Source of the DNA: a virus
Length of the DNA stretch: 64,000 nt
Reading direction: 5' to 3' (one strand)
IMG/VR virus record: IMGVR_UViG_3300042451_001197
Span: 42,820-106,819 of that record
Shown here piece after piece: positions 1 through 10,146 of the stretch (position 1 is its first letter; each line of letters starts with the position of its first letter). The translations under genes were made by a program, and so were the position numbers. Below the pieces are notes generated by a model that saw only the letters and a list, made by a program, of their open reading frames with translations, did no database searches and was not told the origin of the DNA.

Positions 1-353
1 TTTTGAGTATGTTGGGAATATTCCCTAACATATATCTCAAGCTTATCTACTATTATCGGTATAAAGTAATCAAAATACTGATATAAACTATCCATATTTG
101 AGGTATCAAAACAAGTATTAAATTTACCGTAAGAATCGATATCACCGAAAAAAGCGGTCGAATTTCCTGATGGATAATGAAATATCATCGCGGGTTCTTT
201 AAAAAAAATCTCATAGTTATTGTTAACTACTAAAGTATAATTTAATGGATGGTAGTGGAGTTCTAAAATTTGTTTAACTGACTTTAATAATTTCTCATTA
301 TAAAAGTTATTATTTTGTGGTAAAACTTTTATATTGTTTGTCAGTTCAAACAT
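1..353 (-). CDS. hypothetical protein, partial (runs off window start)
   Basis: Open frame from ATG at 353 (MFELTNNIKVLPQ...) to window edge. Confidence 0.5.
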   Translation of the reverse strand, partial: MFELTNNIKVLPQNNNFYNEKLLKSVKQILELHYHPLNYTLVVNNNYEIFFKEPAMIFHYPSGNSTAFFGDIDSYGKFNTCFDTSNMDSLYQYFDYFIPIIVDKLEIYVREYSQHTQ

Positions 354-359
354 ATTTTT

Positions 360-695
360 TTAAATTTTAATTAAAGTAACTCCATAAACTTCTAATTCCC
401 ACTCCGACCCATATTCTGTAAGACCTAAACCAAACATACTATCAAGAGAATTAAATAAATTCCTTCTAATATCATAAGGAAATCTATTGTGTATATCTTC
501 TAAATTACCATTAGATCTATTAAATGGGTCGACTACCACACAAATAACATTTCTTGTAATTGACTTGTCGTCTGATGCTAAATATACACCTTGTTCTTTA
601 AACGACACACTAATAACATTTAAGTCTGAAAATTCATTTAATATAAAATTTTCAATAATTTTCTCTAATTTAGATTCTGTTAAAAGGTATTTCAT
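360..695 (-). CDS. hypothetical protein with MKYLLTESK leader
   Basis: ORF track; shared N-terminal motif. Confidence 0.75.
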   Translation of the reverse strand: MKYLLTESKLEKIIENFILNEFSDLNVISVSFKEQGVYLASDDKSITRNVICVVVDPFNRSNGNLEDIHNRFPYDIRRNLFNSLDSMFGLGLTEYGSEWELEVYGVTLIKI

Positions 696-1514
696 TTAAG
701 ATAAATATTGTGAAATTCTGTTTTGGGCAAATTCCACATAACTTTCCTGTATTTCAAAACCTATAAAATTTCTCTTTATCTCTTTACAAGCGACCCCTGT
801 TGTTCCAGCACCCATAAACGGGTCTAAAACCAAATCACCTTCCTTTGTAGATCCTTTAATGAAATATTTTACAAACTCTACAGGATATACCGCCACGTGA
901 TTATCCACAATTTTTTTTGATTCTGAAGATATGTTAACAAGTGTTGTTGGTAATGCCCCTAACGGATTTGGTGCCCAATCTTTATATTCTTTTAAATCAT
1001 CATCACCTTCATTTCTAGAATATCTTTTTTTGAGTGGTTTTTTCATTCTATTTATTGAAACTTCAGAATAAGGTGTTCTCATAGAATCAATATCAAAATA
1101 AAATCCTTTTTGTTTTGCAAACCAAAATATATACTCAACCCTATCACCAAATCTACTTCTATTTGGTAGACCTTTCATTTTATTCCAAAACAATCTCTCA
1201 AATAATTTAAGATTTGATTCTTTATGTAATCTTGAGATTAAATCGAATACATATGGATGTCTAAACCCATCTTCTACTTTATCGTTAATGTTAAGAATGA
1301 AAGAGCCCGTTGGTTTTAAAACTCTACATATCTCAACACAATAAGGAATAAACCAATCAACATAATCATCTGCTAATATACCTTTAAAATCGATATATGT
1401 TTTCATATCGGCATAAGGTGGTGATGTTATGACAAGATCAATAGAATTGTCAGGTAATTCTTTTAATAAATTTAATGAATCTCCTTGGTATATTTTATTT
1501 AAATCAAACTTCAT
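696..1514 (-). CDS. DNA methyltransferase, N4-C/N6-A beta class
   Basis: DLVITSPPY (motif IV) N-terminal and VLDPFMGAGTT (motif I) C-terminal; likely start MKFDLNK at 1514. Confidence 0.92.
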   Translation of the reverse strand: MKFDLNKIYQGDSLNLLKELPDNSIDLVITSPPYADMKTYIDFKGILADDYVDWFIPYCVEICRVLKPTGSFILNINDKVEDGFRHPYVFDLISRLHKESNLKLFERLFWNKMKGLPNRSRFGDRVEYIFWFAKQKGFYFDIDSMRTPYSEVSINRMKKPLKKRYSRNEGDDDLKEYKDWAPNPLGALPTTLVNISSESKKIVDNHVAVYPVEFVKYFIKGSTKEGDLVLDPFMGAGTTGVACKEIKRNFIGFEIQESYVEFAQNRISQYLS

Positions 1515-1556
1515 TAGATAAAATATAACTAAGATATATTTAAATGTCAAAAGTTA

Positions 1557-2051
1557 TTATTCTTCTATAGAACCAACACTAATTCTTATACCTATTTTGG
1601 TTCTAATCTCTTCATCAAAATACTCATTAATACAATCAACAACTTCACCTTCAACTTCCCAACCGTAATCCTCATTACTTAAAGCGTCATCTAGTGACAT
1701 TTGGTCATCTCCCTGAATATTCACCATACCATTTTTAGTATCAACTTTACAATCAACCAAGAAATCATTTTCGTTATGAACACTTTTTATTTTTGTTGTA
1801 AAAGTAAAATCATATGAACTATGATTACTTGGTTTTATATGATGTTCTTTACTAAGAAATTCACGAACCTCTTTTATTGCTTTATCCTTTCCAATATATT
1901 CAAATAACATATATTCTATATCAGATTCACTAATACCATTTTTCGCAGTATCAAAAAAATTTTTAAAACTTCTATCATAACCAGGTCCTGCGGTATCCCA
2001 ATACTTAAAGAAAAGTTTTTTATAAAAAGGTTTAACTTTGTTCTCTTCCAT
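1557..2051 (-). CDS. hypothetical acidic protein
   Basis: ORF track; TATTTAT upstream. Confidence 0.7.
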   Translation of the reverse strand: MEENKVKPFYKKLFFKYWDTAGPGYDRSFKNFFDTAKNGISESDIEYMLFEYIGKDKAIKEVREFLSKEHHIKPSNHSSYDFTFTTKIKSVHNENDFLVDCKVDTKNGMVNIQGDDQMSLDDALSNEDYGWEVEGEVVDCINEYFDEEIRTKIGIRISVGSIEE

Positions 2052-2117
2052 AATTTATAAATATAAATAAATTAACTATTTATTTATATTTATAAATAAA
2101 TTAACTATTTATTACAT

Positions 2118-2471
2118 ATGAAATACTTAATATCAGAAAATAAATTGGACAATCTAATATATGATTATGTTGTTGATATGTTTATGAACAATGAAGAGGG
2201 TGAGTTAAATTTTACTTACGATTATGATGAAGATGGTAATGAGACTGACGACGCAATTCAATTTTATTTTAGTGATTATGGTGAAGACTATGAAGCGTTT
2301 CGTTGGTATTCGGAAGAATATTTTGATGATGGTTGTGAAAGGTGTCCCATTGTAGAGTTAAGTCGTGAATTAAAGGATAATTTGGATTCAATGTTTTCCG
2401 ATAAATGGGAAAGTCAGTTTAAAAAATGGATGAATAATGAATTTAACATTTACGTTAAAACTATTCAGTAA
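2118..2471 (+). CDS. hypothetical acidic protein with MKYLISENK leader
   Basis: ORF track; TATTTAT just upstream of ATG. Confidence 0.75.
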   Translation: MKYLISENKLDNLIYDYVVDMFMNNEEGELNFTYDYDEDGNETDDAIQFYFSDYGEDYEAFRWYSEEYFDDGCERCPIVELSRELKDNLDSMFSDKWESQFKKWMNNEFNIYVKTIQ

Positions 2472-2473
2472 AA

Positions 2474-2791
2474 TTATCTTCTTTTAAAATACAATGAAGG
2501 TTCATAACCCGTAAGTTTATAATATTCTCTAGGGTCATATAATTTGGCGGAACAAAATTGTTGTTCAAGAGCGTTAAGATAATCGTCAATATAATAATTT
2601 ATTGCGTCCTGAACCGTCTCGTCTTCAGATTCACTTAAATAATCTTCAATATCTTCATCGGTAATTAAAAATTCTTCAACCTTTTCTACAGGATTTTTAC
2701 GATTAGGACATTTAATTACAGCAATAAATTTATGACCAGATAATTCTTCCATTATTAATTTATGTTGTGATTCAGTTATTATTATTTTCAT
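2474..2791 (-). CDS. hypothetical protein with MKIIITESQ leader
   Basis: ORF track; leader motif. Confidence 0.75.
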   Translation of the reverse strand: MKIIITESQHKLIMEELSGHKFIAVIKCPNRKNPVEKVEEFLITDEDIEDYLSESEDETVQDAINYYIDDYLNALEQQFCSAKLYDPREYYKLTGYEPSLYFKRR

Positions 2792-2792
2792 A

Positions 2793-3152
2793 CTATTTCA
2801 AATTCATAAGCTTAACACCAACCGTATTCCCAAAAGACCTTGTATCTACGCCAATATTGGATAACATATCTTTAATTTCATTTGATAATATGCTATGATG
2901 GAATCCATCAAGTTTCTTTTTTATTTTATATTCATCATTATAGTTAAATGTTCGAGGTAAAGGAATGTCAGTATAAACCTCAACAATCCAATTATAATAT
3001 TCATCGTCATTAGCGTGTCTTGATTTTATTTCAAACTCATAATCAAAATCTATGTCGGTTACTTTTTTAAGATAAGAATTAATTACGTTATTAATTGTTT
3101 TTCCAAATACAACGTCAAATGACTTATTTCCAAAATACGAATGTAATCCCAT
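2793..3152 (-). CDS. hypothetical protein
   Basis: ORF track; TATTTAT upstream. Confidence 0.65.
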   Translation of the reverse strand: MGLHSYFGNKSFDVVFGKTINNVINSYLKKVTDIDFDYEFEIKSRHANDDEYYNWIVEVYTDIPLPRTFNYNDEYKIKKKLDGFHHSILSNEIKDMLSNIGVDTRSFGNTVGVKLMNLK

Positions 3153-3164
3153 AACAATAAATAT

Positions 3165-3488
3165 TTACACGGCTTTAATAAAATCGATATCAATCTCGAA
3201 TTTATATTCTACAAATTTTTTAAAAATTGGAATCCAATGTTCGCTAAATAAACCATTCATAGTATCAATAAAATTGGTATCATAAATCTCAAGTACGTTA
3301 TCACCTGAATTATTATAATCTCTCGAATAATAAAAAACATCGGTATAATCACCACTTGTATCTATAACAAATAAATTATCTTCAAATTCCTCATCCTCCT
3401 CGGTATAAAGTTCATCCCAGTTATAATACTCCTCAATATATTTTAAAATAGAATCGTTTAATCTGTTTTCGGTTATAATGTACTTCAT
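3165..3488 (-). CDS. hypothetical acidic protein with MKYIITENR leader
   Basis: Internal ATG at 3488 follows TATTTAT; resembles 2118..2471. Confidence 0.7.
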   Translation of the reverse strand: MKYIITENRLNDSILKYIEEYYNWDELYTEEDEEFEDNLFVIDTSGDYTDVFYYSRDYNNSGDNVLEIYDTNFIDTMNGLFSEHWIPIFKKFVEYKFEIDIDFIKAV

Positions 3489-3501
3489 AATAATAAATAT
3501 T

Positions 3502-5007
3502 TTAGATTCCGGCAATTTTATCATAAACTACCGAGCCAATGTATTCCATTTGGTCTTTGAAATTGTCGGAACTACAACCTCCTTCAAAAATTTCATAATA
3601 TAACCTTTCATACAAAGTATTAATAACATTATATTTGTCTACTTTTTTTCCTGTGAAATGTCTAATTTCGTTATTTATTAAATCTTTATTAAAAAAATTA
3701 TTATTAACTTCATTAAAAAAACATTTTTTAAATCCTTCAATCATTTCTTTTTGTTTTTTTCCAAGTTCGTCTTCAAGTGTTTTTATATGTTCATTAAATT
3801 TTTCGTCATAATCATCTTCATCACCATCCAAAAGTTGTTGAATGCTATAAGTAATTTCACGCATCATATCAGATTCCGCCATATTATAAAAATCCTTAGA
3901 AATTTTATCAATATTTTCCACAAAAACTTTTTTAATTCCTTCGGTTACCTCATTAAGAAAGTCGTCATTAAAAATACCAATTCTTTCAGGACTATCGGCG
4001 TATAGTTTTTCATTTAAACAATAAAACCCTTCTTTACCAACACCATTAATTTCACTTAAAATATTATCAACCGTTTGTTTAAATTCAGGTCTTCCTTGAC
4101 CATACATTTGTTCATCAGATACCAAAATAAAATCATTTTTATTTTGTTCATTAATATATGGTTTAATGTTTAAAACTGAAATGGGGTTTTTAATGTCCTT
4201 ATCATTTTTATTAATTAAATATGAAACCAATGAACCTTCCTTAACATCTTCAATAATGTATTTAACGTTTTGACCTCTTTCTTTTCTACTTTCAATCTCT
4301 CTTTCTAATTTATCGATTTTTTTTGATACGGCCGCGGCATCGTCAAATTTTTTCTTCATTCCATCAAAATCAATATCTTCACCACGACTTAATTTTTCAT
4401 AATTTTGTTTTCTTAAAATATCTTCGGTATCTGGATTATTTTTAATTAAATCCTCATATTCTTTTTTTAACTTTTGAACTCTCTGTGATGATTCGTGACC
4501 CATTGTCATACAATTTGTCCAATTTCTATCTGTGTCCGAACCAGCAATATCATAAGGGTGTCTTGAAATAACAACCAATAAACCTCCAGAGTCAGATGTT
4601 AAAGCTTTCCTTGATTCATCCGAAACAAATTTTTTCATTAAGTTATCGGCTTTCATTCTTGTTAAAGCTTTACCAATTGTTGTCGTATTTTTTGATTCAC
4701 CAAATTTTACAATACCCTTAATATAATCCAATACCTGATATCCATTTTGTTTTAAAAAATCCTCAACCTCTTTTTGTATTGGTGATACAGGACCTTCTTT
4801 TTTTCCTTCAACCAAAGGAATATAAATTCTATAATAATTTTTATCGTGGTCGTATTTATCTCCCAAGGTTTTAAATATCTCAGAATATCTTTCTCTATTA
4901 AATTCTTTAACGTAAGGTCTATATTGTGATGGGGTTAATGCCTCATCAATATTATATAACGATAAAATATGTTTTTTTTCTTCTTCTGTAATTAGAAATT
5001 TTCCCAT
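3502..5007 (-). CDS. large hypothetical phage protein (SRHPYDIAG..W.NCM segment), MGKFLITEEE leader
   Basis: 501-aa ORF. Confidence 0.75.
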   Translation of the reverse strand: MGKFLITEEEKKHILSLYNIDEALTPSQYRPYVKEFNRERYSEIFKTLGDKYDHDKNYYRIYIPLVEGKKEGPVSPIQKEVEDFLKQNGYQVLDYIKGIVKFGESKNTTTIGKALTRMKADNLMKKFVSDESRKALTSDSGGLLVVISRHPYDIAGSDTDRNWTNCMTMGHESSQRVQKLKKEYEDLIKNNPDTEDILRKQNYEKLSRGEDIDFDGMKKKFDDAAAVSKKIDKLEREIESRKERGQNVKYIIEDVKEGSLVSYLINKNDKDIKNPISVLNIKPYINEQNKNDFILVSDEQMYGQGRPEFKQTVDNILSEINGVGKEGFYCLNEKLYADSPERIGIFNDDFLNEVTEGIKKVFVENIDKISKDFYNMAESDMMREITYSIQQLLDGDEDDYDEKFNEHIKTLEDELGKKQKEMIEGFKKCFFNEVNNNFFNKDLINNEIRHFTGKKVDKYNVINTLYERLYYEIFEGGCSSDNFKDQMEYIGSVVYDKIAGI

Positions 5008-5024
5008 AATAATAAATATAATAA

Positions 5025-5060
5025 AAAATAAAAAACCCCACCTGTATATGAAGGTGGGGA
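5025..5060 (-). terminator. repeated intrinsic terminator (copies near 5941-5974 and 6446-6481)
   Basis: CCCCACC-loop-GGTGGGG type hairpin followed by a T-run on the - strand, then the TATTTAT motif of the next gene. Confidence 0.75.
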
Positions 5061-5081
5061 CATATTAAATTATTTTTTTAT

Positions 5082-5543
5082 TTAAACATCATTAAAACTT
5101 GATAATATACTATTTGTAATTTTAAGAGCCTGAGATTCATTTCCTGATATATCTAATTGTCCTCTTTTACCATATTTGTCTTTATAAAAGAAAAATATCC
5201 CACTTTGTGTTTTAGTAAATCTAATGGAGGCAAATTCATCAGGAGTACCATTTACAAATACTGACCATTGTAATGGTTTATTATAATCCCAACATCTTGT
5301 ATCTCTAGTAACATCACCAACTTCCTTTACATTAACTTTTATTGACGACGCATAAAATTCGTTATTTGGATTTGGTTTCCAATGAGGAAATTTATTAGAT
5401 ATATTACCGCAATCAAAACCCTTTAAAAAATTGGATAATGATTTTACTGAAGATGGTAAAGTGGAAGATTGTTCTTCATTTATAACTCTTTTAATGAGTT
5501 TTACTAAATCAGATTCAGTTAATCTTATAACTCTTTTTTTCAT
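5082..5543 (-). CDS. hypothetical protein with MKKRVIRLTESDLVKLIKRVINE leader
   Basis: ORF track; leader shared with 5995..6417. Confidence 0.8.
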   Translation of the reverse strand: MKKRVIRLTESDLVKLIKRVINEEQSSTLPSSVKSLSNFLKGFDCGNISNKFPHWKPNPNNEFYASSIKVNVKEVGDVTRDTRCWDYNKPLQWSVFVNGTPDEFASIRFTKTQSGIFFFYKDKYGKRGQLDISGNESQALKITNSILSSFNDV

Positions 5544-5643
5544 AATATTATTTTTATATATAAATATATCGTAATCTCAAAAAAAAAGGGGGCGGGGGGA
5601 TTGAGATCGAACGAAGTGAGTTCGGTCGGTTCGGGGTTACGAA

Positions 5644-5922
5644 TTAACATCGTCTATCAAAATACAACTCAGTTATCTCAACATAAAACATATCTTGCAG
5701 TTCCTTCATTGTTCCCTTATAATCAAATCCTTCAATGTCATAAAAATGGGGATGAAGGTCATCCATCATATAATATAAAAATCTTCTTTCATAGTCATTA
5801 AAAGAATTAAATTTACAACGGTTAACATATTTGGCCGATTCCTTAAAAGCCTCCTCAACCAAATCATACCTTCTCAATAACCACATTCGATTACTTTGTG
5901 ATTCTGTTATAATGAATTTCAT
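5644..5922 (-). CDS. hypothetical protein with MKFIITESQ leader
   Basis: ORF track. Confidence 0.75.
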   Translation of the reverse strand: MKFIITESQSNRMWLLRRYDLVEEAFKESAKYVNRCKFNSFNDYERRFLYYMMDDLHPHFYDIEGFDYKGTMKELQDMFYVEITELYFDRRC

Positions 5923-5994
5923 ATAGATAAATATATTAACAAATAAAAAACCCCACCTATATAAGATGGGGGGATTTAATTAATATCTAATTTA

Positions 5995-6417
5995 TTATTT
6001 TTGGTATTCAGTTGCCGAAAATACGGAAAAAAATTCAGTTAAATCGTCTTTAACTTTTTGAGCGTTATCAAATGATATTGGTATACTTGTTAAACTATTA
6101 AAGTTATATCCTCTATTTTTCCACCATATTTTAATTTCAGGTGTTTTAATTTGAGCTTCTATTGAAATCTCAGGTTTAACATTATTAATTGATACCGAAT
6201 ATAAATAATTTGGTGATGTAAACCAATTTAACGCTTGAGCATTTTTCTGTTCTGGATAATTATATTTAAAGTCACGTAATGTTGGTTTTGGTTTTACGGT
6301 CATCATAACTTTAACAAAATTTTCCCATAAAAGATTGTTATCTGTAGATTGTTCTTTAATCACCCTTTTAACCAGTTTTATCAAATCGGACTCAGTTAAT
6401 CTTATAGTTTTTTTCAT
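5995..6417 (-). CDS. hypothetical protein with MKKTIRLTESDLIKLVKRVIKE leader
   Basis: ORF track. Confidence 0.8.
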   Translation of the reverse strand: MKKTIRLTESDLIKLVKRVIKEQSTDNNLLWENFVKVMMTVKPKPTLRDFKYNYPEQKNAQALNWFTSPNYLYSVSINNVKPEISIEAQIKTPEIKIWWKNRGYNFNSLTSIPISFDNAQKVKDDLTEFFSVFSATEYQK

Positions 6418-6498
6418 AATAATATTTTTATATATAAATATATTAAAAAATAAAAAACCCCACCTGTATAAGAGAGTGGGGATTTAATAATAAATACA

Positions 6499-6777
6499 TT
6501 ATTGATTATCCCTATATATGTTTCTAATATACTCTTGAAAATGGTCATCAATAAAAGACATTAAATCATCCCTATCAATCTCATTCCAATGTAATCCTTC
6601 CTTATCTCCCAAAAATACATTCTTATAAACCAAATCTTTAATATCATTATAGAATTCATCCTCATCGTAATACATATCAGGATTACTTGATAAATTATCA
6701 ATTAGTTTTTTAATCTGACCATATCTTCTTTTATATATAAGGTCATTAAATTGTCTTTCGTTAATAATAATTTTCAT
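6499..6777 (-). CDS. hypothetical protein with MKIIINERQ leader
   Basis: ORF track. Confidence 0.7.
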   Translation of the reverse strand: MKIIINERQFNDLIYKRRYGQIKKLIDNLSSNPDMYYDEDEFYNDIKDLVYKNVFLGDKEGLHWNEIDRDDLMSFIDDHFQEYIRNIYRDNQ

Positions 6778-6789
6778 ATTCTTATTTTA

Positions 6790-7200
6790 ATCATAAATAC
6801 AAATATAAGAATTTCCTTAAAATTTTTCCAGAATTTTTTTTTCAGTTTTACACGCCTTTAGAAATATGGGGGATTTTTCTTAAAAATTTTTTCCAGATTT
6901 TTTTTACATATACTTTGCAAAAGGGATTAAGGCGGGTTTTTACAAGTCAAAATGTCATATATAGGGGGGGATACGGGGGAGGGAGGGGGTATACCCCCAT
7001 ATACCCCCACTCAGAGGGGAGGTATGTCATACTATTTGGTCTTTTAACCCCCCTACCAATTAGGTCTTCTTATAAGTAAGATATGGGGGTGATGTAATTA
7101 CAATGACATAACCAAATAAACTTATCAACATATAATCCACCATGCCAAATATTGTTAATAAGTTATAATGTTAATAACTATTAATACATTTTTATTTGGT
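6790..7200. other. non-coding strand-switch region with G/C tracts (candidate origin, terminus or packaging region)
   Basis: Direct repeats AAATTTTTCCAGA near 6819 and 6884; G7-G5-G3-G5 at 6964-6989; palindrome GGGGGTATACCCCC at 6985-6998. Confidence 0.4.
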
Positions 7201-7230
7201 GGGGGAGAATAAAGTTTGTATCTTTGTTAT

Positions 7231-7635
7231 ATGAAAAGTTCTACTAAACTAAACACCTTAACTAATAAACAATTAACGAAGGTACTGAAAAGTTCCCTTC
7301 AGTATTGTATGGTTACATTTGGGGTTAATAAAAGAAAGAGAACTACTCTTGGTATTAAGATATATGGTAACATGCTTGGGGATAAGAGATGTGCTGGTTG
7401 TTATGACCCCATTGATAATAGTATATCATTATTTCTTAATGCTAATAAAACCGTTGGGGAGTTACTAAGAACATTTGTTCACGAGTATACACATTATCTT
7501 CAACCTTGTAGAACTAAGTATATGGAACTGCTTAATACTCACGGGTATGATAATCATCCATTTGAGATTGAGGCATATTCTGTTGAGAAGAAGTATGGGA
7601 GAAAGTTATTAAACGTTATTAAAAAAGAAGTGTAA
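7231..7635 (+). CDS. zincin-like metallopeptidase domain protein
   Basis: FVHEYTH..HPFEIEA; ATG at 7231 follows TATCTTTG. Confidence 0.7.
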   Translation: MKSSTKLNTLTNKQLTKVLKSSLQYCMVTFGVNKRKRTTLGIKIYGNMLGDKRCAGCYDPIDNSISLFLNANKTVGELLRTFVHEYTHYLQPCRTKYMELLNTHGYDNHPFEIEAYSVEKKYGRKLLNVIKKEV

Positions 7636-7687
7636 TATTATCTTTAATAAATTTGTTTATGTCAAAATAATTTAGTATCTTTGTATT

Positions 7688-7806
7688 GTCGGTGGTGATA
7701 ACCGAGACGGGTTCGATGGGGGTTCTTATCGCAGAGGGTATACTCCTTCACGCCCCAACTTTTATTTTACATATATAAGCAGGGTGGAGTATACTCGGTC
7801 CCCATC
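7688..7806 (+). ncRNA. candidate structured ncRNA
   Basis: No ORF; TATCTTTG at 7676; stems GATGGGG/CCCCATC and GGGTATACTCC/GGAGTATACTC; 5' hairpin TCGGT..ACCGA. Confidence 0.45.
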
Positions 7807-7894
7807 TTTAACAAATGATTACAATACAAAGGTATGAAAAAAAAATGACATAAACAAATTTTTTTATTTACAAATTATTTCGTATCTTTGTATT

Positions 7895-8224
7895 ATGGAA
7901 GATGTTGTAATCAGAATGGGAGTTAAATATCTTAAATCAAAAAGATTTAATGTTAATCAGCAATATGGATTTTACAAATTCTATGAATCTATAAACCATA
8001 ATGAAATTGAGTTAAGTAAGAGTTGTTCATTCATTGATATCTATTCTTCCATATATAATGAACTTAAATATATATTATCTACGGATGATGATACTATTAA
8101 GGTTATTGTAAAATCATTTCTTTCAGATAGTCTTTCAATACCGATGGATGAATTAACTGATACAATAGTTTGTTTTCCATTCAACATATCACTTTCAGGA
8201 ACATCCTTTACAATTAATGGATAA
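7895..8224 (+). CDS. hypothetical protein
   Basis: ORF track; TATCTTTG upstream. Confidence 0.65.
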   Translation: MEDVVIRMGVKYLKSKRFNVNQQYGFYKFYESINHNEIELSKSCSFIDIYSSIYNELKYILSTDDDTIKVIVKSFLSDSLSIPMDELTDTIVCFPFNISLSGTSFTING

Positions 8225-8630
8225 GAAAAAGAAAATAATATTTGATTGGCTTGATGATCAGTTTAGGGACTGCACCATTCATTCACATTGTGATTATCCC
8301 CAATCTTACTTTTATAAAAAAGGTATTACTATAATCGGGGAACAGGATGTTAAGAACAATTACTTTTGGGTTCATAATGATGAGGTGTGGGGATTTATTG
8401 AAAAGGTATTCACTATGGGGAAAGAAGAAGTAAGGGATGTATTAATGGAATGGTTTGAGCATATTGGAAACAAGAAACTTGGAGTTGGTCACATCCCCCT
8501 TTATGTTGTAGAGTTAGATAAATTATTAAACCCACCTATAACTGAATTAAAATATTATACTCCTCTCATTATTACAGATAACGATTTAAGACCAGTATTA
8601 AAAGACGGAAAACTAAAACAAATAAGATGA
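8217..8630 (+). CDS. hypothetical protein, distant relative of the 13735 family
   Basis: KKIIFDWL...F.M..EE...L.EW pattern. Confidence 0.65.
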   Translation: MDKKKKIIFDWLDDQFRDCTIHSHCDYPQSYFYKKGITIIGEQDVKNNYFWVHNDEVWGFIEKVFTMGKEEVRDVLMEWFEHIGNKKLGVGHIPLYVVELDKLLNPPITELKYYTPLIITDNDLRPVLKDGKLKQIR

Positions 8631-9049
8631 AACTAAAAAAGAAAATGAAATTAAAAGATATCCCCAAAGAAGATATGTGGTATATTGTGGACCTTCTCTC
8701 AGTTTTCTGTGGGAAAGAGATGGGGATTAATAAAAGAAGAAAAAAAGAATTGGTTTATGTCTTGGGGAAAAAAGAAGTTGATGGTGTTCACGGGTATTAC
8801 GACTCGGATGATAATGAGATTCACTTTATGAGAAAAAAAATTAAGACCTTGGATATGTTTATTAAAACTTTCATTCACGAATATACTCATTACTTACAAC
8901 CTTGTAAGACCCACTACTCAAGATTGTTAGATCTTCACGGATATGAGAATCACCCCTATGAAGTTGAAGCTTTTTCTAATGAGAATGTTTACTTTAAAAA
9001 AGCGTATAGAGAAATTAAGTATTGTTTTTCTTTAAGAGAAAATCCATAA
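8627..9049 (+). CDS. zincin-like metallopeptidase domain protein (paralog of 7231)
   Basis: FIHEYTHYLQPC..HPYEVEA. Confidence 0.7.
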   Translation: MKLKKKMKLKDIPKEDMWYIVDLLSVFCGKEMGINKRRKKELVYVLGKKEVDGVHGYYDSDDNEIHFMRKKIKTLDMFIKTFIHEYTHYLQPCKTHYSRLLDLHGYENHPYEVEAFSNENVYFKKAYREIKYCFSLRENP

Positions 9050-9326
9050 CCCTATCATATGAATGATTTCTGATATCCATTGATACATCGTGAAAATCTT
9101 CTGATGATAATTTTTGGTTGTTGTGAATATCCTCTATAATGTCCCCCATCTCACAATGTGTTAATAATAGACACCTCTGAGAGATGGGTTTTTTATTTCC
9201 ATTAAGATTCAGTTCCCTATACTCACAAGTCCCCTTATAATCATTTTTCTCATAATATACTTTGTATATGTTCTCGTTTTTTTCTATTGAGGTTTTGTAG
9301 TCCTCTAAAATACCTGTTTTGTACAT
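9015..9326 (-). CDS. hypothetical protein
   Basis: ORF track. Confidence 0.55.
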   Translation of the reverse strand: MYKTGILEDYKTSIEKNENIYKVYYEKNDYKGTCEYRELNLNGNKKPISQRCLLLTHCEMGDIIEDIHNNQKLSSEDFHDVSMDIRNHSYDRVMDFLLKKNNT

Positions 9327-10146
9327 ACTTTTTATATAAAAATAATTGAGATATTGGTATTAATAAAGGGGATTGTTAATAAAAATATATGTTAAATTTC
9401 TTGATTTTGTCAAAATGTCAGTTGAGTGTCAGATAGGGGATAATCCCCTTCACTAACATTTCTTACCACTTATTCCCACTCCACCATTATTATTTACCCC
9501 CATTATTGTCGTTCTCAGTATCAAAAACGTAAAAAATCCCTTCTCCTGATATCGTAGGAACCATTTTTTTTACTATATACGTTTCCCAGAGAAAAATTAG
9601 AGTTATTGTCCATAAACGCGGGAAACACTTTAGTGTGTTAGAAGAGTCATTCATATACCTTCAACGGGGAACTTTAGTGACAACTAAAGTGGTCAATTTA
9701 CACCACTTTAAAGTCCCCTTCATTATGGGGAATATACTATTCTGATACCATATAAGTTATTAGTATTATCTTCTTATGAGATGAAATCTCCCCATATAGA
9801 TATTAAATTAACTTACCATAAATTATCATACTAAACAATTCCCCATTTTGGTTATTTTAAAATTTAGCTTGGACACTTTGTCCAAGTATATGTCCAAGTT
9901 CGATGATTTTTTTACTCAAATAATATCTTAATAACCGAATTTATCTACAACACAATAATAGAATTACCATATCATACTTATAATTCCCTTCGTAAATGGG
10001 GACACCATAAATGGGGGAAAATAAAGGAACACAATTACGAATGAAAGTTTTTTAGTGACCCACATCGTAGATGGGGGGAACGATTACGAAGTAAAAAAAA
10101 CGTGAGTGAGTGATTGGGTTAATTTATTTTCGTATATTTATACTAT

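Noticed and set aside
5588-5640. GC-rich GAACGAAGTGAG segment resembling a REP-like element, and the ORF 5601-5801
   Set aside because: Only one clear copy and no transposase nearby; the ORF overlaps a better gene on the other strand.
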